NCBI RefSeq assembly: GCF_037042905.1
Contig: NC_087251.1
Span: 47,184,001-47,244,000, forward strand
Reading direction: 5' to 3'
Origin: Lytechinus pictus
Taxonomy: Eukaryota
Length of the DNA stretch: 60,000 nucleotides
The notes below the pieces were generated by a model that saw only the letters and a program-made list of their open reading frames with translations, did not search any database and was not told where the DNA came from. This document shows, in pieces, positions 27,201-39,800 of the stretch. Each line of letters opens with the position of its first letter. The stretch's first letter is position 1. The position numbers and the translations under genes were made by a program.

Positions 27201-29563
27201 TCCAATCAATGCAGCTACTGAGAATTCTGCCTGTGGTGTATTGCTAAGAACCATAAATGCATCTACATGTACATAAAAGTAAAAAGGGCCTGGCTGCACA
27301 GTGAACAATTTGCAATTTTGCGCAGCTTTGGCAAAGGCCCTTTGGACCGTCTGAAGAGGAGAGCTCTATGTAGAAAACAATTAATGTCCATGATTTAGAT
27401 TTCTCCTTAGGGAAACAGCTAAACAACAAATTTTGTCAATTTTGCACACAGCTGCAACATCATGGACAGGGACTCAGGCTCAAGTTACAATAGGACTGAA
27501 AACAGGTGAAACCGGAATTTTGCATAATAATTGTCGACTTGATGCGCTGGATGCCCGGGGGGGGGGGGGGGGACGGGAGGCAGTCAAAGATATTGCTGTA
27601 CACATACATTACCCAAAAAACGTGTTTTAAAGGGGTGTTTTTTCAGTTTTGGACGCGGGCTGCGTGTGCATTTGTTTAGGGTATCAAAATGACAAAAACA
27701 CTGATTTTCAAAAAAAGGGGGGGTCTTGAAAGACTGGTCCATCACGAGGCCAATCATATTTAGGGTACCGTATGTTTTTTTTCCAAAGCTTTTTTTATAA
27801 GACCTGCCAAACGTGTTTAGAGTATGTTTTTCCGCCAAGCTTTTACCCCGGGGCTTTTTCCTCCTCGTTTCTGAAAAGTGTTCGGGTTCTTCCCAATTGT
27901 TAGATTTTAACTCTAACAGCACTGGGTCTGGGGGGCATGCAATACGGTACCATGAATATAGTTTTGTCTAATTAAAGGTCAAGTTCACCCCAGATAAATG
28001 TTAATTTGAACAAATAGAGAAAAATCAAACTAGCACAACTCTGAAAATTTCATCAAAATTAAGTTTCGCTTAATTTCACAAAACAGTGATATGCACATTT
28101 AAGTGACATGCAAATGAGATAGTTGATGATGTCCCTCACTCACTATTTCTTTTGTTTTTTATTGTTTGAATTATACAATATTTCATTTTTTACAAATTTT
28201 GACAATAAGGACCAACTTGACTGAACCATAGAGTATTAAACAATGCTAATTCCACATGTTCAGGGAGGAATTAATTGTTGTTTCCCTTGACAATGAGGAG
28301 AAAATCAGAATATTTCATATTTCTTATAATAAAAATACGGTACAAAAGAAATAGTGAGTGGATGACGTCATTGGTCTCCTCATTTGCATACCGACCAGGA
28401 TGTGCATATAACTTTTTTGTGAAATCAAGCAAAACTTTAAGATGTCATAACTTTCTTACTTTGCATCCGATTTTGATGAAATTTTCAGGGTAATACTTGT
28501 TGGATTTTTCTCTTTTTATTCAAATGAACTTTTTGTAGGGGTGGACTTGTCCTTTAAGCTTATTGTTAGCAAGTAGACAAATCTTGTTTAGGGGTCATAT
28601 TCTGGCGACAACTTGTTTAGGCCATTCATTAGTTGCCAAAATGTGTAAAGCTAAAACTAAAAGACCATAAAGAAACTTGTTTAGGGAGTTTTGCACGCAT
28701 ACAAAACTTGTTTAGGGGTGTTTGGAAATAATTTGGTCACGTAGGTGTAACAGTTACACTAGATCTACAGCAATACATTTGACTGCCCCCCCCCCCAAGC
28801 CAAGGGTTGGATGCTGCTTTTTTTTCTATATACAAGGAAAGTTGGAATGATGGAATCACAATCAATGGTGACATTTTTAAAGATTAACTCATACGGAGAA
28901 AAGAAACAAGGAAAAAGCAAATGTTGTCCTATTCTCAATATCCCACTGAGAAAATTTTTAACCCATTTCCCCCGCGAGCGGCTAGTCTTAACCGGGTTTG
29001 TGATCTAACCAAGGGAGCTCCGGCCCGCGATGCGGACCGGAGCCCAGGAGTCGACCATGCAAAACGAGGGAGACAATGGGGTAGATTGGGGTCTCAATAG
29101 TAATCTTAATGAAATGTGGAAACAGAAATTATGCACTTACCACCTGAAGGTCTATTGTGACACACAAACTGAGGTTCCAGTCTGTGCCTCGATGTCACTT
29201 TTTGTCAGGATTTGTGTGTCACGATACGGTAGACCTTCATCCATATAATCGTGGTAAGTGCATAATTTCTGATTCCACATTTTATTAAGATTACTATTGA
29301 GACCCCAATCTACCCCAGTCCCATGACCATGTCTCCCTCGTTTTGCACGGTCGACTCCTGGCCTGGGCTCCCTGGGTTAGTTTGTGATCTTGAGTTGAGC
29401 TCCGCCGAAGAACCCGGCGGGGCTCCTGACCTTACTTCGCCCGGCCCCTTTTTCATGCGTTTACATTCGAATCTAAATAGATGAGATTCTCACCGCTAAT
29501 GTGTGATTTTTTGGACCGAGGGGGATCCTCAGACTCCCATTGCTGCTTCCTTTTCCTATCCAT
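8381..29563 (-). CDS. CMTR1: Cap-specific mRNA (nucleoside-2'-O)-methyltransferase 1, ~856 aa. Exons 29494-29563, 25556-25788, 24563-24721, 24046-24144, 22955-23026, 22386-22553, 21737-21950, 20886-21004, 20112-20208, 19239-19371, 16300-16479, 15672-15786, 13694-13762, 13037-13177, 12285-12413, 11678-11769, 11051-11167, 9925-10037, 9356-9464, 8381-8522
   Basis: Basic NLS-like start (MDRKRK). G-patch ([18 protein letters not shown]...GRRGLG). FtsJ-type methyltransferase with [14 protein letters not shown] and a K-D-K-E tetrad ([27 protein letters not shown]). GTase-like region and a WW domain ([18 protein letters not shown]). The 20 exons join in frame (2571 nt) with GT-AG junctions. Confidence 0.95.
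10927..11059. repeat. Three tandem copies of a 49-bp unit containing the CMTR1 exon-17 splice donor
   Basis: ACATTACTCACCTCTCCATG recurs, with ACTCAC at 10947, 10996 and 11045. Confidence 0.9.
11815..12275. repeat. Imperfect (ATC/ACC)n microsatellite in a CMTR1 intron
   Basis: Directly visible; explains the poly-Met and poly-Ile ORFs. Confidence 0.95.
13856..15190 (-). mobile_element. Helentron-associated (HINE/DINE-like) non-autonomous element with ~6 internal 163-bp tandem repeats
   Basis: Subterminal inverted repeat GTCTCGCCTGCAT / ATGCAGGCGAGAC, a hairpin near 15160-15186, a T-run at one end and CTTGTT at the other. Repeat units start at 14092, 14255, 14418, 14581 and 14744 and carry TGACCTTTGACC. 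Confidence 0.7.
16790..17095. repeat. Imperfect (ATC)n microsatellite
   Basis: Directly visible; explains the poly-His and poly-Met ORFs. Confidence 0.95.
18519..18560 (+). ncRNA. Degenerate hammerhead-like relic of Penelope type
   Basis: CUGAAGA-C, stem II GGACAG/ucaac/CUGCCC, AAAA in place of GAAA, palindromic ACGU, GUC triplet. Confidence 0.4.
18876..19214. mobile_element. Small TIR element (AGAGCTGC...GCAGCTCT) with an internal 136-bp tandem duplication
   Basis: Near-identical units start at 18926 and 19062; the ends are inverted. Confidence 0.6.
20234..20696. mobile_element. MITE-like element with CCCCAAGTCT.CGCAC inverted repeats
   Basis: CCCCAAGTCTACGCAC / GTGCAGACTTGGGG at the ends and CCCCATGTCTGCGCAC / GTGCGCAGACATGGGG internally. 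Confidence 0.55.
23207..23808. mobile_element. TTAA-flanked Kolobok-like MITE, copy 2
   Basis: TTAA-AGGTCAAGTCCAC...GGACTTGTCCT-TTAA; homologous to the copies at 2536 and 27972. Confidence 0.85.
26410..26575. repeat. Long near-perfect palindrome (hairpin-forming transposon end)
   Basis: CAAATAGCGAATA...CTCTATTCAAC-GAGGCGTGAGCCGA-GTTGAATAGAG...TATTCGCTATTTG. Confidence 0.8.
27555..28796. mobile_element. G-tract-flanked TIR element interrupted by a Kolobok-like MITE
   Basis: GGCAGTCAAAGATATTGCTGTA (~27578) versus TACAGCAATACATTTGACTGCC (~28766), with poly-G and poly-C outside. Confidence 0.65.
27972..28557. mobile_element. TTAA-flanked Kolobok-like MITE, copy 3 (nested)
   Basis: TTAA-AGGTCAAGTTCACCCC...GGGGTGGACTTGTCCT-TTAA. 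Confidence 0.85.
29040..29370. repeat. ~330-bp foldback (inverted duplication) in CMTR1 intron 1
   Basis: 29041-29143 is the reverse complement of ~29251-29370. Inner arms TGAAGGTCTA/TAGACCTTCA and GTGACACACAAA/TTTGTGTGTCAC continue the symmetry. Confidence 0.85.
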
Positions 29564-29790
29564 CCTTAAGATGGCGTTAATTTGCCGAAAACAAATCCAA
29601 AAAATATATTGATCCTGGACAAGAAATCCCAGTTGGTTGCCGAAGACGTAGCTCGAACTCGACGATACTGTGGCGACGGCTTTCTTATCATCTCGGCCAC
29701 CACGAAATTTGTATACCGATGTTGATAAATTCGATCCAGTCACATGTTTTAGATTCCCATTATCCCCGCCATTATCCCCATTCTTAATCT
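29564..29790 (-). promoter_or_regulatory. Probable CMTR1 promoter and 5' UTR, CpG-enriched, with a YY1-type motif
   Basis: Local CpG enrichment; AAGATGGCG at 29568-29576 next to the start codon. Confidence 0.45.
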
Positions 29791-30137
29791 ATACAAGGGC
29801 ATTTTGCTACTGTATGAAGTTGTTCAATGTGATCTAAAGACAAATATTCGGATGGAGTCGCTTTATTGTGTTTATATGGATTGAACTCCGGATTGAGTCT
29901 CAAGTGACTGAGAAAGATAAGAAAAAATTATGGAAATGGGGAAACTCGGTATACATGTGGACTCGGCCTATTACACGGATGCCGATTTTATGCGGGACAG
30001 AGTTGCAAGGATGGATTTTCGCTCCAACAGGGGATGTTTAGGGTATTCCCCGCCGTACTTTTGTTTAGAAAGTGTGGTAGAAAGTTCCGCTAATGAAAAC
30101 GATCAAGTCAATAAGGATTCGTTGTTGATATTTATGC

Positions 30138-30368
30138 TTGGAATCTTTTTGATTCCAACCGCCTACAGAAGTAGTGGAAGCTAAATCAGTGGAAATGTTT
30201 AAACATCTGTTGGATAAATTTTGGTGGGGGGAAAGATTCAAAACCTCCATTTCTCAACGCACGTGAAGTCTCACTGTCTAGATAATCGTCAATTACCAGT
30301 TCAAGTAAAGACCGGAAAACCTACAGGACAAAGTCCTTCATTTCCGTATCTGATGTGATGTGATGATT
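30138..30368 (+). mobile_element. CR1-type LINE 3' remnant
   Basis: Degenerate translation ...LPTEVVEAKSVEMFKHLLDKFW, typical of CR1 ORF2 C-termini; ends in a (TGATG)n tail. Confidence 0.65.
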
Positions 30369-31150
30369 TAGCACTGTTACCCCCATATCCTCCTCCCCTT
30401 CTCTTTGTTGCTTGTAAGACATGATGTGCAAATATATCGTCTTTCTCTAGTCTCTGTATTCATTATTATATAGGCCTTATTTGTAAGTCGGTAATTAACA
30501 TTTGCGTAACTCATTTTCCATTCCCTTTCTCGACTCCCCATCTACCATCTTCTCCCCTTCTCTCTCCCTATTCCCCCTCTCTCTCCTGACCCTCCCCCCC
30601 CCCCCGATATATCTCTCCACTGTTATCTCTCTCTACTTTTTTAATTCCTTCCTTCTTAATCTCTTTCTTTCTCCCCCTCTTTTTGCCCCCTTTCTACATA
30701 CTGACACCTCACTTTCTCACTCCTCTCTCTCCAATTTGTCATTTGCACTGCGAAGGTTCATATTAGGGACACTGATTTTTTTTTCATTTCTATTTGAAAA
30801 TACATTGTAATCGTGAAATAAAAATAGACATTTATTCATTAAATCCTACTGAACCACATACTTTGCCTCAGTCAAATCTTTAAGAGGGACCACAGAAATC
30901 TATTTGTCTTGGATTTAATCTTGTCCAGAAAATACTTCTACAAATATTTGACTTATTACCTGAGAGTAGAAGTTCTCAAAATTCACAGAAAATCAACTAC
31001 AAAAAATATTTACGTAACTCAAATACGTCGCACGTTCGCATGTGGCAGTCCCTCTCACCAAGTTGTACATTTCAGTAGCATGCAACTTCTTCTTTATTAG
31101 CTGATAGACCAATATTCCTCCTGATGTTTATACATTAATTTTTAAATCAT

Positions 31151-31820
31151 TTAATCCTAAAAGGACTGGGCTATCATGGCCCCCCCCCCTTCTGATCTCG
31201 GCCGCCGTTCGCAAATCGCACCCAAATTTGGCACACATATTCCTTACCACATAAACTACAAGATAGTATAAAGAAAAATTCTGAAAATTATTATTTTTTA
31301 TTTATCATGAATAAAATATGCAAATTTATTAGTGAAAAACATTATTTGCATATTTAACACCCTATTCCACTTTAAATTTTCTTCTTTTTTTTTGCAGATG
31401 TCATCTCTGCAATCTGATTTAAAGGTTTCAACAAAGAAAAATTGTAAAAGCCAATTTTTTCCTTATGTATTTCTTTGTTTTTTGATCTTTTGTTTTTCAT
31501 TGTTTTTTTCATTGGAAATTATTAGACCATTTAACAACTAAAGTAAACCCTGAATTAATTAAGCAGACCGATTAGAACGAAAAATAATCACCGTTTTATG
31601 AATTTCATCTCCCGTAGACTTTGTACAAAAAATATTAAAATGAGCCATTTTCGGCAAAACATTGCCTCGTAAAGTCACGTGACGTCGCGATGGTAGAACC
31701 GTATGTCGCGAATTTGGTCTCAAAAGTTGTGCGAGACTTCAAAGAAGTCATAAAATTTTGCAGTGCTATCTTTTTGCATTTCGGAAATATCGCGAAGCGA
31801 TATAGTCCTTTTAGGGTTAA
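31151..31820. mobile_element. piggyBac-like non-autonomous element
   Basis: TTAA-TCCTAAAAGGACT...AGTCCTTTTAGGG-TTAA. Confidence 0.7.
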
Positions 31821-32054
31821 ATATGTGCAGACTATGACCTTTGCAGTTTCCAGATATGTTAGTCAATCTGAAGTTGTACATAGCAATCTGAGATGGACAT
31901 TACAGCTGATAGAAGACAGAAGCCATAAAGGTTCCAAACATAATTAATTAATTAATCAATTAATTATGAGACATATTCTTTCAACTGCCAGTAAGCTTAA
32001 AAATGTACACATATTTTACTCACAGGCGATTATCAACAACTTACAGGTAAAGAG

Positions 32055-32234
32055 CAGGGGCCGCGGAACGGTTTTCAAAGTGGGGGGGCTGAGCCAAAAG
32101 TGGGGGGGGCTGACCATGCAAAAATTCACAATCATATGGTAATTTTTACGTTTTTGTACACGGATTTTGAAAAAAGTGGAGGGGCTGAAGCCCCCCCAGC
32201 CCCCCCCCCCCCCCCCCCGCTTCCGCGGCCCCTG
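32055..32234. mobile_element. G/C-tract MITE
   Basis: TIRs CAGGGGCCGCGGAA / TTCCGCGGCCCCTG. Confidence 0.75.
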
Positions 32235-33888
32235 TAGAGCATGTACAAGTATCACTTACAGACCTTAGAATATTTTCACTAGTCAGTGAATGTGTCAATA
32301 TGAAAATAATAACCAATCAGATTTGGCTCATAGTTTTATTCAGATTTATTTGATCTTATATGTTTAGATTATCAGTGGAAATGATGTACATTCACAAGAG
32401 ATCCTACCCTGAAAAATAACATCAAAATCCAATGTTAACATTAAATATACTCCTTCAAATGATTTTTTTCAATATCATAGTTTTATTGAACAGTGAAGTC
32501 ATCAGAAAATGTGCTAGAACAGGAGAGAACTTGACAAAATTAATTTAAGGCACTGATTCATCAAATGTGCTAATAAATAATGCCAATGTTTTGGAAACAA
32601 ATTCACTCTTAGTCAATCAAATTACACAATTCCAATATCTCATAATAGTACTTTGTAAATTGACATTGAAAAGAAGTTTAATGAAATAGGATCCTCAGTC
32701 CATTCCAGGCAGAATCTGATTACACCACATTTTTTTATTAGCTACTGCAAAGTCTAAATAAACTCTCCCATCGACATTCCGGAGTAAGAAACTATATCAA
32801 ATCCCACATGCCACCCTAACAATTTCAAGTACAAAACTATATCATTATGAAAAATATGTTTTGGGGTTAAATCCCAACTTTCTTGCCCAAAAGATGGTTT
32901 TCTGTACCCCTTTGGATAAATGGACAAATGATTTTCATCAAGATTAATGCACAGCTCGATCAAAGCCATGTACCTGGCAATGCAACGTGCATACGGCACC
33001 CTTACAGAGTACATATATAGCATGCTTTTACAACTTTTTGCTCATTCTCCTGAAGACGACAAGAACACACTTGTCGAAAGACAGAGTTTGGGTGGTCCTT
33101 TTCAGGACCAACATATGCTAATGAAAGTTGCACGGTGTACAATGAAACCACTTCCCTTTCCTTCCACAACATGGAAATCTTCAGAAGTTCCAATTACCAA
33201 GTAATTAGCAAATAAGAATGAATGGCATGCCGTCAGATAGATGGGTCTTTACCAGGCAATTAATATTACGGTAATGTATTAATGTGCCCAGGTGATTTTT
33301 CAGTGTACATGCATTTTGGTCTAGAGTCATTCATGGTGATTGGTTTACATTTTACCATGTCAGAACTTGATAGACCTACATCTATGATGTTTGAGTAACC
33401 ATGATTTTAAAGACTTTCTGTCACAATAATTTGCCTGCTGTAATCATTCACTTGGTTTTAACATTTCAGACCTCGCTGCTCTAACAATCCTGTACGTGAG
33501 TACTGAGTGGTACTTCCTCATTAATCACCAGATTTTAGCTCAGTCCAAACCAGAACATTCCACAACCATCTTTGATTCTCAGTCCTGTAGTCTCAACATC
33601 CAGACCTAATGGTATTGCTTTGGCACTTCACACCTTTACAGTCAATGGTGGTGCAGCAAATAGACCTCAGTCCCAAGGCCTCTGTCTTAATATCCAACAT
33701 CTCTTGGCCAAATGGCTTGATTACAATTATCCTAGCCAATCACAATGTTGCTCCTGCATCATGTAACCTTGAAAGCTGTAATCTTTTTGTCTCTCCAACC
33801 GATTACCAAAAATGTCTCAACATTCAACTTCTCTGGGCCCTGGGACTTGACTGCAATCACCCTGGCCAATCACAATGCTGCTTTTGCA

Positions 33889-36800
33889 TCATGTGACCTT
33901 AATAGCTGTAATCTGTTTGTCTCTGCAACCAATCACGACTTCTTGTTTTCCTTCCTTATCAACCTCTGAGAGAGACATGGCTATCACCCAGTCAGATGTC
34001 TGGTATTTGGCAAGGCACTGAAATAAAAGAAGTAGAATGTGTCAATAATACAATACATAAAGTGCAACTCTGTCGAGTGAGGTTTAGGAAGAATCAAACC
34101 TAAATGTACACTTTTTTATTCTACTGATTTTTAAAATGTCAAATTAGCTTATTTATACTGCTTTCATTAACTCGTAATTTTTGGTCCGCACCAAGCCTGC
34201 GCTTAATATAGTCCGCACAATAAAAATTGTGCTCAGTAACTACTAGTATAGCAGAGCCGTGCTACTTTAACAATTACCCATAAAAAAACTTGGGCATGCA
34301 GACCTGGTGCTGGTCTGGCGCTGATAAAAGCAGCAGCAAAATAGCCCAGGTCTGGCACAGGCTATTTTAGCCTGCTCCATTCATAAACTCAAAATTTTAC
34401 AACTAAGCCCAGGACTGGTCTGGATCAGCGGTATTGGGACCAAAAAGTCAATGGTTTACCAAACAGGCTTAAAATTTCAATATCTTTCAGGTAAGGCAAC
34501 CTATCTTTAGGATTGATTTAAATCCTGGGTTAAGTTTACTCTATACAAATCGGCCTCTGTATGGTCTTAACCTGTATGCATATAAGAACACTGACTGAAA
34601 GAGCCTCAATGCCTCAATACAGAAAAAAAAATTCCACAGATATAAAATCGATATTGACGACCTGGCATTGGCAATTCCACAGATGGGTATTCTCTAAAGT
34701 GATTAAAAGCAGAGGCATTTTGTAGATGAATCAGTTTATTTCATACTTACAACTGCTGAATGATAGAGGAAAACAGAGTTAAAATGCCCTGAACACAAGA
34801 GGGAGTCCTTTCCATCGTTCTGAACTGAGGGAAGACGTAGCATCTGGGTGATTGGTAAATGCACATTAGCATACTGCAGCTCGGATAACTGACAAATAAA
34901 AAAAATTGTGATCAAATTAGAGTGACTTGGAAAAGCAGTACAACAACAATTCTGGATTGATACAGGGATGTCAAACCCGGGTCCCGTTGCAGAAAAGTTT
35001 TTTTATGGTGACTTTGCTATCCAATGTAACTACCATGGTAACAGTGCTCATCAGCCAATGAAAATCAAGGATTCCATGAAAGATACCATTGGATGGCAAA
35101 GTTACCATAATGGTAACTTTCATGCAACGGGGCCCTAGACATTTCAGCCAGTTCTGACATAGCACAAGATTAATTCATTACATCTATACATGTACACTTA
35201 GGATCATAAAAAAACAATTACATTGAAAATTATATGCACTAAAAAAACAATCTGACTATCTGAGTAAGTAAGATATCAACCCTCAGTTTCTAGATGTTTA
35301 TGTAATATTGATACCAATAATAATGATATTTTGACAGTATGCATCATATCATACATTGAATTCACTGGATAGCGCTATCCACTTTAATAAGAAACAAACC
35401 TAACAAAAGATAGATATGCTAGTTTTGCTAGGGTGGTGAATTTTAGTGTTCACACCATTTAAACAATTGATCCTTATCATTACAGGCTCTACGCTTGGGT
35501 GGTGAATGGCAAGTGTAGATTGGTGGCCATACCTTGAAATTTGACATGATAGATATTGTTCCATCCTCTCCACCCAGAGCGACTTGATAGTCTATTCCAT
35601 TCTTCATCTCGGGGATGTCAGTTTCATCTGGGAGGGACATGAAATGACCACTGCACATCTAGGGGAAAAAAAATTGTTATATATAAGTCGAATTGTAAGA
35701 GCAATTACGTTCATTTATTCAGTTATTTGCTTTTTAAGGATATTCATAGCATATAATGATTGAGAATATTCCAGAATGTCACAGTAAAGCTTTGTTAGGC
35801 ATGCTATCGAATGAGATAGAGTAATCTTTGTTATTTCTGGAATGTACTAAGATAGACAATAGACTCCTAGTGGCAGTGAAAAGGACAATAGGATTAGCTT
35901 GTTGTTTACATTGTTAATTTCACTGAGGTCATTCAAGAGTCTTCTAAAATTAGACTGTTCTAGAAATTGGCAGAATGTTATTTTTGTAGACAATACTAGA
36001 AGCTTCCAGAATAGTGAATAATTTGTATATAAGCTGGCAGTTTCTTCAAGGACATCATCATATCAGATCAGAACTCAGTTTCACACCAGACTTTATGTCA
36101 GAGCATAGTTTATTTCCAACTGGAATACCACATTTATCTTCTGTTGAATTATTTGCACGCCATCAATGAACTGTTTGCAGTTACTTTGAGAGAGGAATTC
36201 TCAGTTCTCATCGAGCTGTTTTAATGAATGCTTTTCGACCAATGGATCGCTGAAATTGACTGTTAATCATCATCAACATCATCTGCACAGACATTTCAAC
36301 GTGTTACAGTGACTCTTGTTATTCATCGTGCTTCAACATCAATTTCACCATCGCCATCATTGTGAACTTTTATTTAAGGAAACTTCACCAACCAACTTGG
36401 ATTTTATCTGGATTAAATACAGGACTATCATAACTTTGGATTGCACATCTGACACTTCGAGAGATGTAAGATCATTATTATTTTTTATTTGTTTAGTTAA
36501 TGGTTAATTATTTCCTGTAATAAAAAAAGGAAATCAAATCATTGTTATTTGTTGCAGTATCGTAACAAAATCAAATAAACGGTGTATATGAATATGATCA
36601 CATTTTCATGTTATCAAAAAGATAAGCAAAACTGAATTAATACTGGTAGTAACATTAGCAAAACAAAATAGTGAATAAAAATTCATCAAAATTGAATGAA
36701 AATAACAAAATCATGAAATTCTGATGCAAACATTTAAAAAGAAATGATACTCTGAAAGAGCATATGCAATTTATGATAACTATTTCTTATGTTTTGCTTT

Positions 36801-39800
36801 CTGAATTATACATTCACAACATTTTCAAATTTTAGTAAACAGTGAGAGAATATGGTTTCATTTCCATTGGAGAGTGCTTGAAAATTAAAGATGCACAATT
36901 GCATTGAAGTAAGAAACAGAAACTTACAGCTTTAACACAGGTACCCGTTGGTAAACTAAGTACGAGAGCACCCTGTTGAATAAAGTGAAGATTCTTTGCC
37001 CTATCCGAAGCAAGAATGTAGTTTGTAGCAATGCCAGAAGTACTACTGTATAGCCTCGCTGCTAGAAGCTGACCTACCCCTTCAGACGACTGTTGCTGAG
37101 TTGAGGATAAAATAAATGATTAAAACAGAAGTTTGATTGAAAGAAAGGAACAAAACAATAGATCATAAAAGAATTTGGGGTGAAAAACAAGTTGCGAGCT
37201 TGAAAAATGCATTCCTTACCTTTTAGGACGAAAAAAATGCCAATTATATTGTAAATTCAATTTATGGCTTTCAAGTTTCAACCCAGTAAAATTCCAATTA
37301 TAGTGAAATAATCGCTAGAGGGTATTCATTTGTCTCGCAATCTACTATGGTCAACAAGGAAATTCGTGATCACTCTCGCAGAAAGTGTTCACTAGCTTTC
37401 TAGGAAATTTGTGATCACTCTCGCAAAAAGTGTTCACTAGCTTACAAGTTCACGAGCTTTCGAGTGCCGCTGCAACTCTTTATCAAGTGACGAAAATTAT
37501 TTGATAACGAAGTCTATTTATACCAATCCCCAGGACCGTATGCACGAACGCGGGAACAAAAGGTGGGCACTGATCCGTTATGTGATTGGTCTAGCGATTA
37601 TTTCAGTCCGCAATAATGAACCTATTTAGTTTAGTGAAATATCTTTCAAATGGCCTCAGATGGCCATGTTACTTATTATGATAAATATGTATGTGGTCCC
37701 ATAGACTCTTTTTGATATTGCCATGCACCATATGTAGTTGAAATATTTAACATATCTAAATTTTCAATATGATCATTCAAATTAAGTACAGAGTTTTAAC
37801 TTTCAACTTTATCAATTGGAATGTCTGTTCATAAGACAACTTTTAAACAACAATTAGCCTAAACAAGTGAACACGGAGTTTTGCTCTTATACTATTACAT
37901 TTTACATCAATAAGCCTGCACACCTAACCAAACAATGGCATTTCATTACAATCAAAGCCACCCTTCCCCCAAAAAATAAATAAGTAAAAGATATGAATAA
38001 AATAATAAGAAATAAATATAAAAATAATCATTTAAATAAATACAAATATATTAGACTAACTAAATGAAAAATAAAAATCAATAAACAAACAAATACAGGA
38101 AATGAAATGTAAATAAGTAAACAAATAAATGGATAAATGAATAAATAATAAATAAATAAACCAACAAATGAATACATGAATAAATAAATACTTATAATTA
38201 TAATTAATCTTACCTTATCTTTTGGAGATCTGTTGTTGGTTTGTGGAAGTCTAAGTTTCCAAAGATTTGAGAAGGGCAGAACTGAATGCACTTGTCCCTC
38301 TACATCTCCTGCAACAATCTCTATATTACCAGCTTCAAAAATATGGGAGGAAAGTCAGGAAGCATTTGTAACACTAGGTAAACAAACTGAAAACAATATC
38401 TATTTATAGACTAAAGTTCTTGATCATACCAATGCAAAGTTAACCTATTACTTGTCCAAATTTGATCAGGGTTATATGGAAATTTAGTGCCATCATCGTA
38501 ACACCAGTATAGTTTGGATATTAGAATATGTATGTTCCTATCACTCACTGATACAAGTAATGTAACAGTTCTATGGAACAGCTACTTGGATATTATCTTT
38601 AAGACACAAGTTAGAAAGGGTTTTGATGAAAATAAATCATAACTTTGGAAATCACTTAAATGCATTCTCAAAGAGGAAGAAATGGGATCACTTGATTTAC
38701 AAGGATTGAAAATTTGTAGAGACAGTGCTAAAATCATTCATAAACTTGTTTTAAATAAAATCTTTGATACTATATTCAAATCAAACAGCAAGGAAACTTG
38801 ATTATAAATACTCCTTTTATAGGATTCAATAACGAAAGTTGTCTTTATTTGTATTGGCTTAAAGTTTGTAAGAACAGCACCAATATATAAAGAACCTTTA
38901 ATCACCTGAAACAGAATATGGAGTCTTCATAGAGAGATGGTCCTTTAGTATAATGGGACTTCTTTGCAAGAAACTAATGTTCAATTCCAACAAAATCGTA
39001 AGTCAACAATGAAGGGCAATTCCTCAGAATATATGCACATTTGTAGTTAATTTGTGTTCAATTGCAACTGAAATTTCATACAACACCCCACATGCTTGAT
39101 GGGACTGACTCTTGAATTGCACCTGAGCATAGGTTTCGTGCAATGCCCCACTAGTACTAATGGATAATAAACACAACAAGAATTTGTATACTGCACTCAC
39201 CGGCATCTTTGTCCACCTGTAAGCTGTTCAGACCATGGTTCGATACACTCCTCCTGTCAAGGATCTGCTGCTTGCTGAAAATGGTGATCATTCCTCGCGA
39301 GTCTGCCGTGATCAGCTCCAACGATCCAAAATTGGCAATGTTGTGGATGTGCATTGCTTGTATAGGTCCTCCTTTCGTCTCCAGGATCAAATTGGGCTTT
39401 AAAAAATAATTGGTAAGGATAAGAAACACAAATGATTTAGTTAACATTTAATTCACTTGTGCCTTGGAAGCAAAATGTGTAATGGTCTTCCCTTGCAATA
39501 TAGCTGAGCAAGAAAAAGCACGTGGACCAATATGTCAGGCCATACATCTACATGTTTTTTTATATTTGCAAATATATCCTCACAACTTGCGAAGACTAGG
39601 GTCAGAGAGTTATGCCCACAAATGATATTCTAGTAGCAGAGTTCTGGGAGTGTTTCATGAATAGATTTTTAAGTGGTTTTCACTTTCTAATTTGCTCCCA
39701 GCCAGTGAGGTGCAAGGGTTTGCAGTAGATATTAAAATTAGTTAGTCCTATCAGTGACAATCACTAACAAAACTTTTCTTGAAAAGTACCTTGGTCTTGT

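Noticed and set aside
32754..33204. Overlapping short ORFs
   Set aside because: They lie in the likely 3' UTR of the beta-propeller gene and show no homology cues or splice support.
37357..37443. 44-bp tandem duplication (a similar 31-bp duplication lies at ~15885-15945)
   Set aside because: Ordinary local slippage duplications inside repeats.
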